Assembly: GCF_036321535.1 (NCBI RefSeq)
Contig: NC_087437.1
Span: 105,526,001-105,590,000 of the forward strand
Origin: Camelus dromedarius
Taxonomy: Eukaryota
Length of the DNA: 64,000 nt
Direction: 5' to 3'
Shown: in pieces, positions 51,530 to 62,940 of the stretch
How the letters are laid out: each line of letters begins with the position of its first letter
Position numbering within the stretch: the first letter of the stretch is position 1
The notes under the pieces: generated by a model
The model's database searches: none
The model's input: the letters and a program-made list of their open reading frames with translations, nothing else
Told to the model about the DNA's origin: nothing
Made by a program: the position numbers and the translations under genes

Positions 51530-52055
51530 GAAGCATGGCTTTTGCTGGCTGGGTTGTATGGTTGGGTGAGCTTGGTAGCTGGGCTCATGTACAAGTATGA
51601 CCACTGGGTGGACTCTTGGTCAAGCAGTGTTGCTGGCTGTGCTCTGTGGGCAGATGGGGCCATAGCTGGGCTCTGCAATCACCTCTGGTCATGCACAGTC
51701 ACAGGCTGTGTTTTCTGGGAGGGCAGTGTTGCTGGACAGCTTCTGTAGTTTGCACGGAGCTGCAGGCTGTGCTCCATAATTTCACCTGGGCAGAATGGGC
51801 CTCACGCTGTGCTCTCTGATCAGAAGGGGGTACAGACTGTGCCTCAAAGTTCAGTAGGGCCTCAGGCTGGGCTTTGCGACTGAGTCGTGCTCCACTGTTG
51901 GAAGACGTCTCTGGCCAGGGTCTCTAATCAGAGGAGCCTCCACTGTACTCCTCCTCAGGAGGGAGGGGCTGAAGAATCTGTTCCACTGTTGAGCAAGGTT
52001 GCTGTCCAGGCTCCCTGGACTGGTGGTACTGTAGGCTAGGTACCACAACTGCAGC
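51530..52055 (-). mobile_element. Probable L1 5'UTR fragment (L1M/L1MA type) built from degenerate ~30-bp monomers
   Basis: GC-rich block with a recurring ggctg(t/g)gctc motif. It resembles antisense old L1 5' tandem arrays (recalled, not searched). Confidence 0.6.
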
Positions 52056-52681
52056 TTATAGAGAGTGAAAAACAGGCAAAAAGAAATGGTGGAGAAACAA
52101 TTAGAATGCCAGTGTTAAAAATTCAATCTGAGGCAAGGTCCAATAGAGAAAAAATATAACGTTACATTCCAGAAATTTGACCATTATGGAGAGAATAAGC
52201 AGCCAATGAAGGCTTAATAAGTTTTTTTCAATATAGAAAAATGTTAAACAATTTCAGTTAAAGAAAAAGTGGAAATTGAACTCTGTGAAGAGATGCATTG
52301 ATGGCAGAATGAGATTCTAATGGACATAGTGAAAATTTGTAGATAGGTTGGATTTTGGTGAGAGAAGCAAAGAAGAATAAAGCAAAATTGGAAAAAAAAA
52401 AAAAAGATTAAAAAAAAAGAGTACCAGGAAAAATAGTTTAAAAAGCAAAAAGGATATTATATGTTTCTCTTTATAATTGTAATTTAAGGTTGTAGTGTAA
52501 AAAGACATAGGCAAATTTAGAATCTAGAAGCATAAATATGAATTTTTGCAAAGAGTTTTGGTGCCAAGTCTAAACGAGTTTCCAGGAAGAGTCTGGCTCC
52601 TTTAAAAGATGTCCAACTGGTACGTACTATCCATGGGGACTCTTAGGGCTCCATTGCCTCTATAGGATGTTTGTTCTTAAC

Positions 52682-52915
52682 TTCAAGATTTGCAAGTTAC
52701 TAACTACTATGTATAAAATAGATAAACAACAGGTTCATACTATATAACACAGGGAACTATATTCAATATCTTGTAGTAACTTATAGTGAAAAAGAATATG
52801 AAAATGAATATATGTATGTTCATGTATGACTGAAGTATTATGCTGTACACAAGAAATTGACACAACATTGTAAACTGAATATACTTCAATAAAAATCTAT
52901 ATATACAAAAAATAG
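52682..52915 (+). mobile_element. Young L1 3' end (camelid type)
   Basis: aaaatagataaacaacaggttcatac...gaatatatgtatgttcatgtatgactgaag...gaaattgacacaacattgtaaactga...caataaaa; same family as the copy at 41.4-41.8 kb. Confidence 0.95.
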
Positions 52916-53899
52916 TAAAAGAATTAATATTTATATGTGTTTATTATTTGTGATAGCTTTCGCTATTCTGTATTACAGTGTTCTACCATTATATCTGTCT
53001 ATAGAGGGCTATTGATCATAGAGTCATCCACTTCCTTTTTAACAACTATTCATATTTGTTACTCCTGATACTTTTACTGACTAACTATGGTAGTTTTATG
53101 TACTCTGTATGAAGCCTAACTCTATAAACATGGTCAATTTATTTAATATATGAGTCTGATGGTCTTTATTAACAGGGGATAATGCAGGTTTTGTAGGATA
53201 GCTCAGTTTTAATGTTGTATAGTTGGACACTAGAGAAAAATTAAATTCTAGAAGTGTATAAAATCTGCAAACTCAGGCTCTCATAAAGGATTACCTAACT
53301 CAACCTGAATGGTAGCTTGTGATGAGAACATTTAAAAGTGAGTGTTGAGATCAATTCATTACATTTAGTCCATATAATAATGGCAAGCCATACTCCAAAA
53401 GATGGATTTTTGAAGTGTTTCAGTAATGAAACAAATATTTCTACATTCAGCCAATGATATTTCCTTCAAGAGCTGAGCCCTATGTAAAATAGAGGAACAT
53501 ACTTATACATACTAGTTATTTAAGTAAAACTATTCTGATACTTTAAAAAGCACTTTATTTTCAAATAGTTCTCATGCTTAACCTTATCTTTCAGTCATTA
53601 AACATCAATATAGAGTTATTGCAAGTGGTTCAGAGATTAATTGTGGTTTGTATAAAGTTTTAAATAACTGCCTGCTTGATACCAAGAAACATAAACCAAA
53701 CGCAAGTCTAAAAGACATAATCCATCCTTTTGAAAAAGAAATCACACTGTGTTATACAAACTGTTCTATAAAAGTTAAATCCCTCTAAAAAACTAAATTA
53801 TTTGTCACTCTTTTGTTTAATCTGACTCAAAGTGCTTATAATTAATACAAACTTATTACTGTTCTATACCATGTTTAAATTGATTGATTTACAGTCTGT

Positions 53900-54372
53900 T
53901 TCTCCACCTTCATCTCCTGCTTTGGTTTTTATGCACCAGTCACAGCAGGTTTTTTTTTTTTTTTTCCAATTCTCTAAATATGTCAAACTATTTCCCACTA
54001 AAGTATTCTGTACATGAGCTTCCTCTTACTCCCAGAGGTAGCCCTACCCCATTTTCAAACCCTTCTGCTCTCTAGTTCAGAGTCTTCTGAAGGCCTTCAT
54101 ACATTATATTATATTTAACTTCTTCAGAGTGCTCCTTTACCCACTCCTAAATCTCTGTGCCAATCTTTTTCTTTTTTCTATAAGACCTACTTTAATTTTT
54201 AATTAGTTTATTTGTCTACTAATTGTTTTTTTTAAATTGTTTTCTTATAAAAATATAAACTCCTTAGAGGCAAGTTGAGAATAGCTAGTTTATTGTCAAT
54301 TCCCCGTAGCCCATGTGGCTTGGTAAATAGTAGGAGTTCAATAAAAAAAACTACTGAATAAAAGAATGAATG
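53900..54372 (+). mobile_element. L2 3' region
   Basis: aatataaactccttagaggcaag...ttggtaaatagtaggagttcaataaa...tgaataaaagaatgaatg matches the L2 tail. Confidence 0.7.
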
Positions 54373-54439
54373 CATCAGGCAAGGTTAGCCACACAATATA
54401 AAAACAACAATAATAAACAATGCAACTAACAAGTACACT

Positions 54440-54650
54440 AAAAATGGCTAACAGTTACTAAGGGCCTGTTACCTGTACAGCACAGAGCATAGCTTTGTAT
54501 TTATCATCCGATTTACACAGCATTTCTCATTCTATAGTATCCATGAGAAAGGTACTTTTTTCCCGTCATTTAGGTAAGAAGAGATTAACTTGCTCTATGT
54601 GATGTGTCTAATGAGTAATTTAGATCCATTTGATTTCAGAGCCTAGGAAA
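54440..54650 (-). mobile_element. MIR (degenerate)
   Basis: ctcattctatagtatccatgagaaaggtac...gattaacttgctctatgtg...tgatttcagagcc resembles antisense MIR. Confidence 0.5.
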
Positions 54651-55839
54651 TGACTAGTCGGTGTATGACACTCTCACAGCAAGAGTAAAACCATGACCTG
54701 CTGTTGCCATTGACTTTGATTTATCTGATTTTGTGCTTTTATAAATTATACATTATATGCCCTTTAAAAATTTCCTTAAAAACATTTTAGAAACAATTAA
54801 GGAGATGTTTATATTGGAAAGATGTAGAAGTAAATTTAAACTTAGACTTGGATATAAAGATATAATAAGACCAACAAAATTTATTTTAAGAAGTCCTACT
54901 AGGTGTGAGGCACTCTGCATGCTATTGGGTTTACATGGAAATTTAAGACATGCTGGCTGCCAAAAAGAAGCTAATCTTCCATACCATCATTTAAAAAAAA
55001 TAACTAAAAAAAAACCCCCAAAAAACCTGAGAAAGTCTCTCCTCAGAAACTGAATAACATCAAAGGCAAAGGCTTGCTTCACCTTCCAGATTAATGTATT
55101 AAAAAGGAAAGTTCACAGGGGTTAATATCATTTATCTGCAATAATATTGTTTATTATCTGCTTTGGGGGGAATAATTTATAGAATTTCATTTTTTCTCAT
55201 TTCTTCAGGTTAGCCAAGCTTAACACCTCTTTTCAAACCATACTGCAACTTAACTTGATTATTTTTGTGGTAGATTCTGCTGCTCAATGATGTGGGGGAT
55301 GTCAGTCACCTTTAAACCCAAAGTATTGCTCTGAACATGGAGCCGTTAATCCTGGTCCTGAACCATAACTCAAATTTTCCAAGCCTCAACCCCTAGTTCC
55401 CATGACAAATGGAGCAGATTCCACAAACTACCTTGCACAAACAATGCATTTCGGGTGCCTGTTATGCTCACCTGCAGAGCTGAAAGGTCTATTTGTCTTC
55501 TAACCCTTAAGGACAAAAGTGCATTAGTCTTTCTACTTCTAATCCAGTTGGTACCATGTTTTCTCCTGTGAGTAACAGGCTGTGTGGAGCATCTGTCTGT
55601 CATTTTAAACCCTGGCTTATGAAAGCCTCAGTGTGGTTATTCAGAACTACATAATCCCCCATAACCTCCAATGCGGGACTGACTGACTGGAAATAACAAG
55701 GTAAATACCTTAGAATAAACCTATTTTTAATCTTCGTTATTCTTTAACTTTAGATAGCTCTTTAACAAATAATCACTGCGATAACTTTTCTGTATGGAAG
55801 AGTAACAATTGACAATAACTTTGAAGTGAAGCAATTGAC

Positions 55840-55910
55840 TATAATCACTACTCTGTGCATTAGTTCCGCAGAACTTATTCTTTTAATGGCAAGTCTGTAC
55901 CCTTTAACAT
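55840..55910 (-). mobile_element. L1 3'UTR fragment (L1MA-type)
   Basis: actataatcactactctgtgcattagttccgcagaacttattctt...aagtctgtaccctttaaca. Confidence 0.6.
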
Positions 55911-56423
55911 TGTTGAAGGAGTTTTTCTAGATGTAATTCAAGATGTGAACTGTAATGCCCAAGAGCTAAAAATGTTGTTGGTCTGATGATCCAGTAAAAG
56001 CTGAATCCAGATACAGGTATTTAGAGTGTAGAAAGAATTCCTTGATCCTCGGTTAGATTCTTGAACACAGACTTGACTCTATTGCAGTCTAATGCTGATG
56101 AATGAAGCCAGCCAAGGAAGATTTCTCATCCCCAGCTCATCAGACCCGCTGCCCTCAATGAGAGCATGCGTCTGTAAGGAACAAGGCGAAGAACACTGAC
56201 ACAAAAGCCCACTTCACGTCTGACCCACTGCAGAGCCCTTTTGCACCACTCTTTTGCCTGCACAGCTGTACACCACAGTGAAACCCAACTCAAAACATCT
56301 GCATCGATCTCCATCCTCTTTACATTCTTAACCTGGAAGAAACTTTGTGATCTGGCCTACCTAATGAGCATAGACGGATTCTGCTAAAGTCACATCGCAT
56401 ATACATAGATCATGTTTCTACAA

Positions 56424-56795
56424 TTTTTTAAAAAAAGTTAATGAGGTGTAGTTGACTTACAACGTTAGTTTCAGGGGTACAGAAAAGCAATTCAGTTACA
56501 CACATACATACATTTTTTTTCAGATTCTTTTCCATTATATATTATTACAATACACAGAATACAGTTCCTTGTGCTATACAGTAGGTCCTTGTCGTTTATC
56601 TGTTTTGTATATAGTAGTGTGCATCTGTTAATCCCAAACTCTTAATTTATCCACCCCCCTTCCTTTTTGGTAACCATAGTTTGTTTTCTATGTCCATGAG
56701 TCTTTTTTTAGTTTGTAAATAAAATTTGTATTTTTATTTTTAAATTTCACATATAAGCGATGTCACATGATATTTGTCTTTCTCTGTCTGACTTG
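56424..56795 (-). mobile_element. L1 3' end (cetartiodactyl type)
   Basis: ttcagattcttttccattata...gtgctatacagtaggtccttg...ctgttaatcccaaactc...gatatttgtctttctctgtctgactt matches antisense L1 3'UTR. Confidence 0.95.
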
Positions 56796-57409
56796 TTTTG
56801 ATATTTCACTGGGAACTCAATAAACTAAGGAAGGATAGAATGGGCCAGTCCATAGCAGCTCACTGTGCCAGTTTCATCAGCCACTGGCCTTGTGCCTTAG
56901 CTGTGCAAACCGGATGTAAAAGAAGGGAAGCCTTTTATTCCCACTTCTGTGGTTCTCCAGGTACTGCCCTTTATAGAGAGAGGAAATGCAAATCAAAACT
57001 GCCTAGCTAAAAACGGCTTTAAATTAACACTTCTAATAACTTCAGACATTGACCTAGAAACTTTAGAAAGTAATGAAGGCGGTTGGGTGAGGGTTAAAAG
57101 CAAACAAAAGCTTTATAACATTCATAAAAATATGCAACAATACTGCCATCTATTGCTCCAAATAGTTGTCCTTCTCAGAGATCACCGTGTATATTTCATG
57201 TTTTGAAATGAGAACGTGATGTATGAGTTGCTTTTAAGTCATTTTATGCAGATCTATATAACATAGAGCATTTGAATACCAAAAAGAATTTCTTAAATGA
57301 TGCTAGGTATGTTGTATAACAAATGTGATTATCCTTCAATAGCGATAATAACTTTACCAAAATGTATTTTGCTTTCTATGGTTTTCTTTAAAACTAATTC
57401 AAGATGCTC

Positions 57410-57566
57410 TTACTTATTTCTTAAAAGATCCTTATGATTACAGTGGACTCACCCAGAAAACTTAGACTCATCTTCCTATCCCAAGGTCCTTATTTTAGTC
57501 AACTCTGAAGTCCTTTTAGCCTTGTAGGTGATCTATTCACAGGTTACGGGGCTTAAGACATGGACT
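57410..57566 (-). mobile_element. MaLR LTR fragment (MLT1A-D-like)
   Basis: ccttatgattacagtggactcacccag...cctatcccaaggtcctta...tattcacaggttacggggcttaagacatggac matches the antisense MLT1 5' end. Confidence 0.75.
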
Positions 57567-58498
57567 TTTTTTTTTTTTTTTTTCTTTACAATTCTACTTG
57601 AATTCTTGAATTGCTTCATTTGATAATTTGGCTTATATATGCTTTATGTCTAACAAGTAACATATCTTTTTTCTGTTATATTAATCATCAAGCACTTTGT
57701 TAAAATGTTTTATTTTATTTTCATTTTAAGAATTTCTTTTAATTCCAATTACACAAAAATTAAATTTTCTTCATAGGCTTTTAATGGCTCAACATATTTG
57801 ACTTTTAAAGTCCATGAACTAGTTAGTGGCAATATTTTAATAATCTGGTAAATTAAATTTAAAGTTTTACATTTAGCAAGATTTTGCTTCATAAATTGTT
57901 TCTTACAACGACAAGAAATATATACAGCTTGGAATCTATATTAAGACAATTGTCCTTTTCCCTTGCTCAAAATAAAAGCTATAAAAAGGGCAGTATAAAA
58001 TTTTGAGATATGAAGACACTATGTACTCTGCATCATATGGTTAATATATGCTGGGGGGTAACTTGCATTGAAAGTTTCATAACAATTAATAATCTTGGAC
58101 ACTGTGAATGCTGAAAGCTCTAATTTTTCATTCACTTCCACAACTCTCCAATAACTAAGGAAAAATACCAAAAGAATTACAAAATAATGAAGCTCCTTCC
58201 ACAAATTAACCATGACCCACCTTTCAGTCTTAATTTAGAACACCCACTTTGCTTTGTTTTATTTACAAAAGTAGTTTTTTCAGTTCTTGAAAAACATTAA
58301 ATTCTTTCCAATATGGTATTTTGTGTGCCCGAAATGATACACCCAAACTCCTCACTTTTTATAGACTGTTTAACACTTTGAGTCTCAAACTTTGTTCAAT
58401 GTTTTATGAGGTTCAAATTTGTATATTTCTGACTTGCAGTCTCTCCAAATGATGGGCTGAGGAAATATCTTGGATACCTGGTAAATTGTCATTTCTCT

Positions 58499-58546
58499 AA
58501 AAAATAAAAGAAAAAGTAAAAGAAAGAAAGAGAGAATGAAAGAAAA

Positions 58547-58629
<83 letters not shown>

Positions 58630-58897
58630 GAAGGAAGGAAGGAAGGAAGGAAGGAAGAAAGGAAGGAAGGAAGAAAGGAAGGAAGAAGGGAAGGGAAGGA
58701 AGAAGGGAAGGAAGAAGGGAAGGGAAGGGAAGGGAAGGGAAGGGAAGGGAAGGGAAGGAAAGGAAAGGAAAGGAAAGGAAAGGAAAGGAAAGGAAAGGAA
58801 AGGAAAGGAAAGGAAAGGAAAGGAAAAGAAGGAAAGAAGGAAGGAAGGAAGGAAGGAAGGAAGGAAGGAAGGAAGGAAGGAAGGAAAGAAGGAAAAA
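58499..58897. repeat. Compound polypurine microsatellite: (GAAA)20, (GGAA)n, (AAGGG)8, (AAAGG)13, (GGAA)12
   Basis: Read directly. There are no pyrimidines on the + strand from 58538 to 58897. Confidence 0.98.
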
Positions 58898-59344
58898 TAA
58901 ATGCAGCAAAATGGTCTTGCTATAAACTTTGAATTTGCTTTAAATTTGAAAAAAAAGAAAGAACATGTGCGCATGATAAATATAAAACTTCCAAACAATA
59001 CAAACATGTTTTTTAAAAAGTGTCATATAAGCATCAGCTCCTCCAATTTTAGCTCTAACCAAAGATTTACACGTTAATAATTTGGTTTGTTTTCTCCAGA
59101 CTCTGAATGCCTGTGTCTGGAGTGATTTCTGTTTCCAAATAGAGTGCAGAAGGTAACCAAAAGTCATTGTGACATTTACAGAAAAGAAATTTAAAATACT
59201 AAAAATATAGTTTAGAAATATCAGATAGCTGTGGAAACAAGGGTGACTATATGAGTTTGAATTCAGAGAGAAAAGATCCCTTTAGGGTTCAGTGTAGACA
59301 TTAAATCAAAGACTTTGTAGTGTGTCTCTTATTGGAAGAATATG

Positions 59345-59960
59345 TATGTGTCTGAGATCCAAGTGGGTGAACGCAGGAGTCACCCAGTTATCCTACTTAT
59401 TGCTGGAAACTTTGTGCTTCCTGCATTTCTTGGCTATGCAGAATTGGAGCTTTTGGTCACCAAAGAGAGACGCGTTCTTATCAAGGAACATGGGAAGAGT
59501 CTCAAAAACTACAAACCCTGACTGTTTCCGGGACATTTTGGACTTGTGGGCAGCACGAATAGGAATTTCCATGCAGTCAAGGATAGTTGACTCTAATCAG
59601 CAGACAGTGGCTGAGTTGCTTTTATGCAGTGTGGGCAAGAAGGAAGATGTGTGGACCCCATGTGACCACTGGTGCTTCCTAGTTCCTCATTGACCCTTCC
59701 TAATTGTGAACGGAAATAACAACACTATCCTGAAAAGAGAGTAACTGCCAAAGGCTCAGACCCTTCTGCAGGGTTGGCTAAGGTCACATTAATGAGTAAG
59801 TCACCAAAACTACCAAAGTGACAGCTGAAGTGATCGCTGGGCTATGGGGGATTTAGAATGACTGAATCAGACTGGGGAGGATGAGTACCAGTTGCAACCT
59901 GAAGACCATCTGCAAAAAGTGGGATCTATGGTTTATCCTATTAACCTCCTTCTTCCAAAT
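59345..59960 (+). mobile_element. ERVL internal fragment (ERV3-16A3/LTR16-int-like) with a decayed dUTPase
   Basis: One frame reads LFPGHFGLV. After a frameshift it reads GISMQSRIVDSNQQTVAELLLCSVGKKEDVWTPCD, aligning to the recalled ERVL dUTPase LPPGHFGLL...GVTILAGVIDPDHQEEVGLLLHNGGREEYVWHPGD. ggctcagacccttc and gagtaccagttgcaacctga follow. Confidence 0.8.
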
Positions 59961-61602
59961 TTCACATCAGGAAGCCAAGTCCCCAGCAACTACAGGGGAA
60001 CTGTTCTATTACCCTGTCTAGAAAGTAGATCTGTGTGGTGCGAGTGGCAAACTGCATTCACCATGAAAATGTGAACTCAGATCTACTGTTTCCGGGGTAC
60101 AATTGAGAAATGGCACCAGTGCTGCCCCACTGTTATGCAATACCCTGCTCTCTCTGATCTCTTGACAAAGATCAGAGAGAGCAATCTTCAACACATGTAG
60201 TACAGGTCTTCCGGGCTAGACACTTACGAAACTCCATATGGTTAAAATCTAATGAGCTAAGCTCTACATCTCCAAAAGGTAGAACTTCCAGGAAGAAGTG
60301 ATGAAGATGTGCCAGGCCCTGAGAGGTCTTTACCTATGGGACCAGGGTGAGGCAGGAAGGTGCTGGATTTGAAAGGCAATGTGAAATCTATCAGTCTTAT
60401 GGACTTAGTAAGTAATGCCACACTGTAAGGAGGGCCTGCAACACTGACGCCTCAAGTCACACTCCCAGGACATTTGCAAAGGTTACCTAAGTATAGCTGC
60501 CACCTATCCCGGAAACAGCCATTCTAGCGTGACATTGAAGTGGCGTCCCACACCTTCTATAGTTACTCATAGGAAGTAAAACAGTGGACTCGGCAGAGAA
60601 GAGGATCAGTGTATTGAAAGAGTTCAATAGAAAGTATCTTCAGTGAAGCAGTCAGAGGAAAATGAATGAAAAAAAAAAGAGATCTGTAAATATGGTGCAT
60701 ATAGAGCACAGTCAAGTAAAAACTAACCAGAACGTAATGATAGCACACGTAGGGGGACATCTGTATTTATGCATTTATCACCTTTCATACATTTCTATCC
60801 TTTATTTTCAATTTTATGTTTTATCCTGTCAACTTTTTCCTTGCCAATGTATTGTGTAGTTCATGTTTGACGTTTAAGTAGGACTCACGATATATTTCAG
60901 TTATTGTTTAAACTAATCAAATTAAATATAAATACAAAAAGTAAACAAGAACACTATTTTCAACTATTTCATGTCTATCTACTCTATAGTATTTTAGGAA
61001 TGGCTTCAATATAATTCAGAGTCCTATAAGATCACATAATATACTATAAAACAGAGTAAGATGACAAGGGTCAAAGAACAGATGCTTGGTGTATGAAACC
61101 TACTCCTACCTTGATGGCTGGTCATCACAAAGCTCGTCTCTCTGCTAGGACAACATCCACTTGCTCCTGCACGCCTTCACGCCTCCTTTGGAAATTCACT
61201 GTACGTAGAAATCTACAAGGTGAAGGTAGTTAGTAAAATGCTACTAAAACTGAGCCCCAAACTTAACTTTAAGCAAAATGATGGTTAAAACTAAAGGAGG
61301 AGGAGAGCACATAGATTTCATTTTCCACCTCAAAAGCCTATTTGCTCAACAGCAGGGCTTTGCACTTAGAAAGGAGAAAAGAGCCTGTTGGGGGTAATTT
61401 CTTTTGGAATCACTCTGTCAACTGTTAATTTCATTTTGGCTTCGTGAGGCTAATTTGGCTCACATGTTTGTGTTTTGATAAAGGCACTAGCATAGCATTA
61501 AAATTCTAGTAACTCGATGGAGATTACAAACTTTTCTCCAGGCACAGTTCTTGTCTTTGGAAAGAACGAATGGTGATTAATAAATGACAGAATTTTTTCA
61601 AA

Positions 61603-61700
61603 CTAATTCACTCAACAACATTTATTGAGTGAGTGCTGTGTGCCAGACACACGCAAGGTATCCATCACCTTATGCTACAGTAGGTGATGCAGAGTGAAAA
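61603..61700 (-). mobile_element. L2 3' end fragment
   Basis: attcactcaacaacatttattgagtgagtgctgtgtgccagacac matches the antisense L2 tail. Confidence 0.75.
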
Positions 61701-61799
61701 CATGAACAGGAAACAATTATTCAAAATGCCTATTTCATCTCCATGTAAGGTTTCAAATTTAGTAAAATTTCAAAATAGTTTTTTACTGATTTATCTAAT

Positions 61800-62170
61800 A
61801 CTATGAATGATAAGACCTCAAGATACAGTACCTGAAAAAATATTTAGCCTTCAGATAACACATCAGACAGGCTTTCCAGAGCTTAAAAGATACATTGATC
61901 GTATTAGGGAACCAGATATCTTTCATCTTTTTATTTTCCATCACCACAGGCCTTTGTTCACAATGTTAAAAAAAAAGAGTTCCAGCCAGTGGGAAAAAAT
62001 AAGGAAAGTGAAAAAGGGAGGGTAATTCATATCATTTAAAGAAAACAACCTAGAATTTGATCACATCGTTTCTGCTCATAACTCATTGCTCAAAACAGAA
62101 AGTTAGGTTACACACCCACTGAAAGCAGAGAAGGCAGTGTTTAGCTGGGAGGGTCATGTAGGTGCTTCTT
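61800..62170 (-). mobile_element. MaLR LTR (MLT1J-like)
   Basis: gttccagccagtgggaa...cacatcgtttctgctcataactcattgctcaaaac...gtgtttagctggg resembles antisense MLT1J. Confidence 0.6.
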
Positions 62171-62174
62171 TGCA

Positions 62175-62940
62175 CAAATAAAATACACTCATCTTCCATC
62201 CAATGGTGGGATTGCAAGTACCCCTTCACTTACTATACCAAGGTCAAATTCCACAATGTTTTTATGGTAAATAATTATCTGCGGCAGGTTTTTATCCCAA
62301 ATGCTAAACTCAGTCCTCTCCCACATGAAATATAAAATAGAACAGGGCTGTGATACCTACCATAATGCTCCCATTTGGAAAATGGAAGCATATAAGACAG
62401 CCTCGAGGTCACAGCAATCGCCAACACGTACTTAGGCAGGACTGTGAGAAGTCTGTGCCTGATATTCAAGGAAATCCAACTGATGAGATCATAGGGCAGT
62501 TCTGGGTTCTGTTCTCTGGGAGCTTCTCTGTTCCTTTTACTCTGAGACCACATCTGTGACAATGATGGAAAAGGGACATTGTATCACAAGGTCTGCCCAT
62601 TTTCTCCTGACTCCTGTGGGATGCGCTTAGAGCCCAGAGCTGTGAAGTCACGCGTCCTCGATCTCTTTCAGGCCAGGGAATCATGCTGTGTCGGCCCCCA
62701 CAGAATGCACAGCAGAATTCCAGTTTGCTTGGTTCAGATAAGTTCCATGTGCAAGTAACTGCCACAAAGGTTGTGTCTTTAAATAGTTGGTTGATTTTGT
62801 TGCATGTCTAGTTTAATCGCTAAAACTCTTTTTCTATTAACAATTTTTACTGGCCTCAGAATTCTACCATCTGTCTGTGTTGATAGTGACAACTGCTTTA
62901 AAGCAGGCTTCAAAGCGAGTGTTAGAAATGTGACCATACT
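62175..62940 (-). mobile_element. MaLR internal sequence (MLT1-int-like) adjoining the LTR
   Basis: ataatgctcccatttggaaaatggaagca...gtcacagcaat...aggcaggactgtga resembles MLT1-int and directly abuts the LTR. Confidence 0.5.

Noticed and set aside
51547..51874. Regularly spaced motif array as a possible CRISPR
   Set aside because: The context is mammalian, the repeats are short and degenerate, the spacers are related to each other, and there are no cas genes.
58385..59007. Longest ORFs in the track (174, 172 and 129 aa)
   Set aside because: They are read-through of the stop-free purine microsatellite (FLPS/KERK repeats), not genes.
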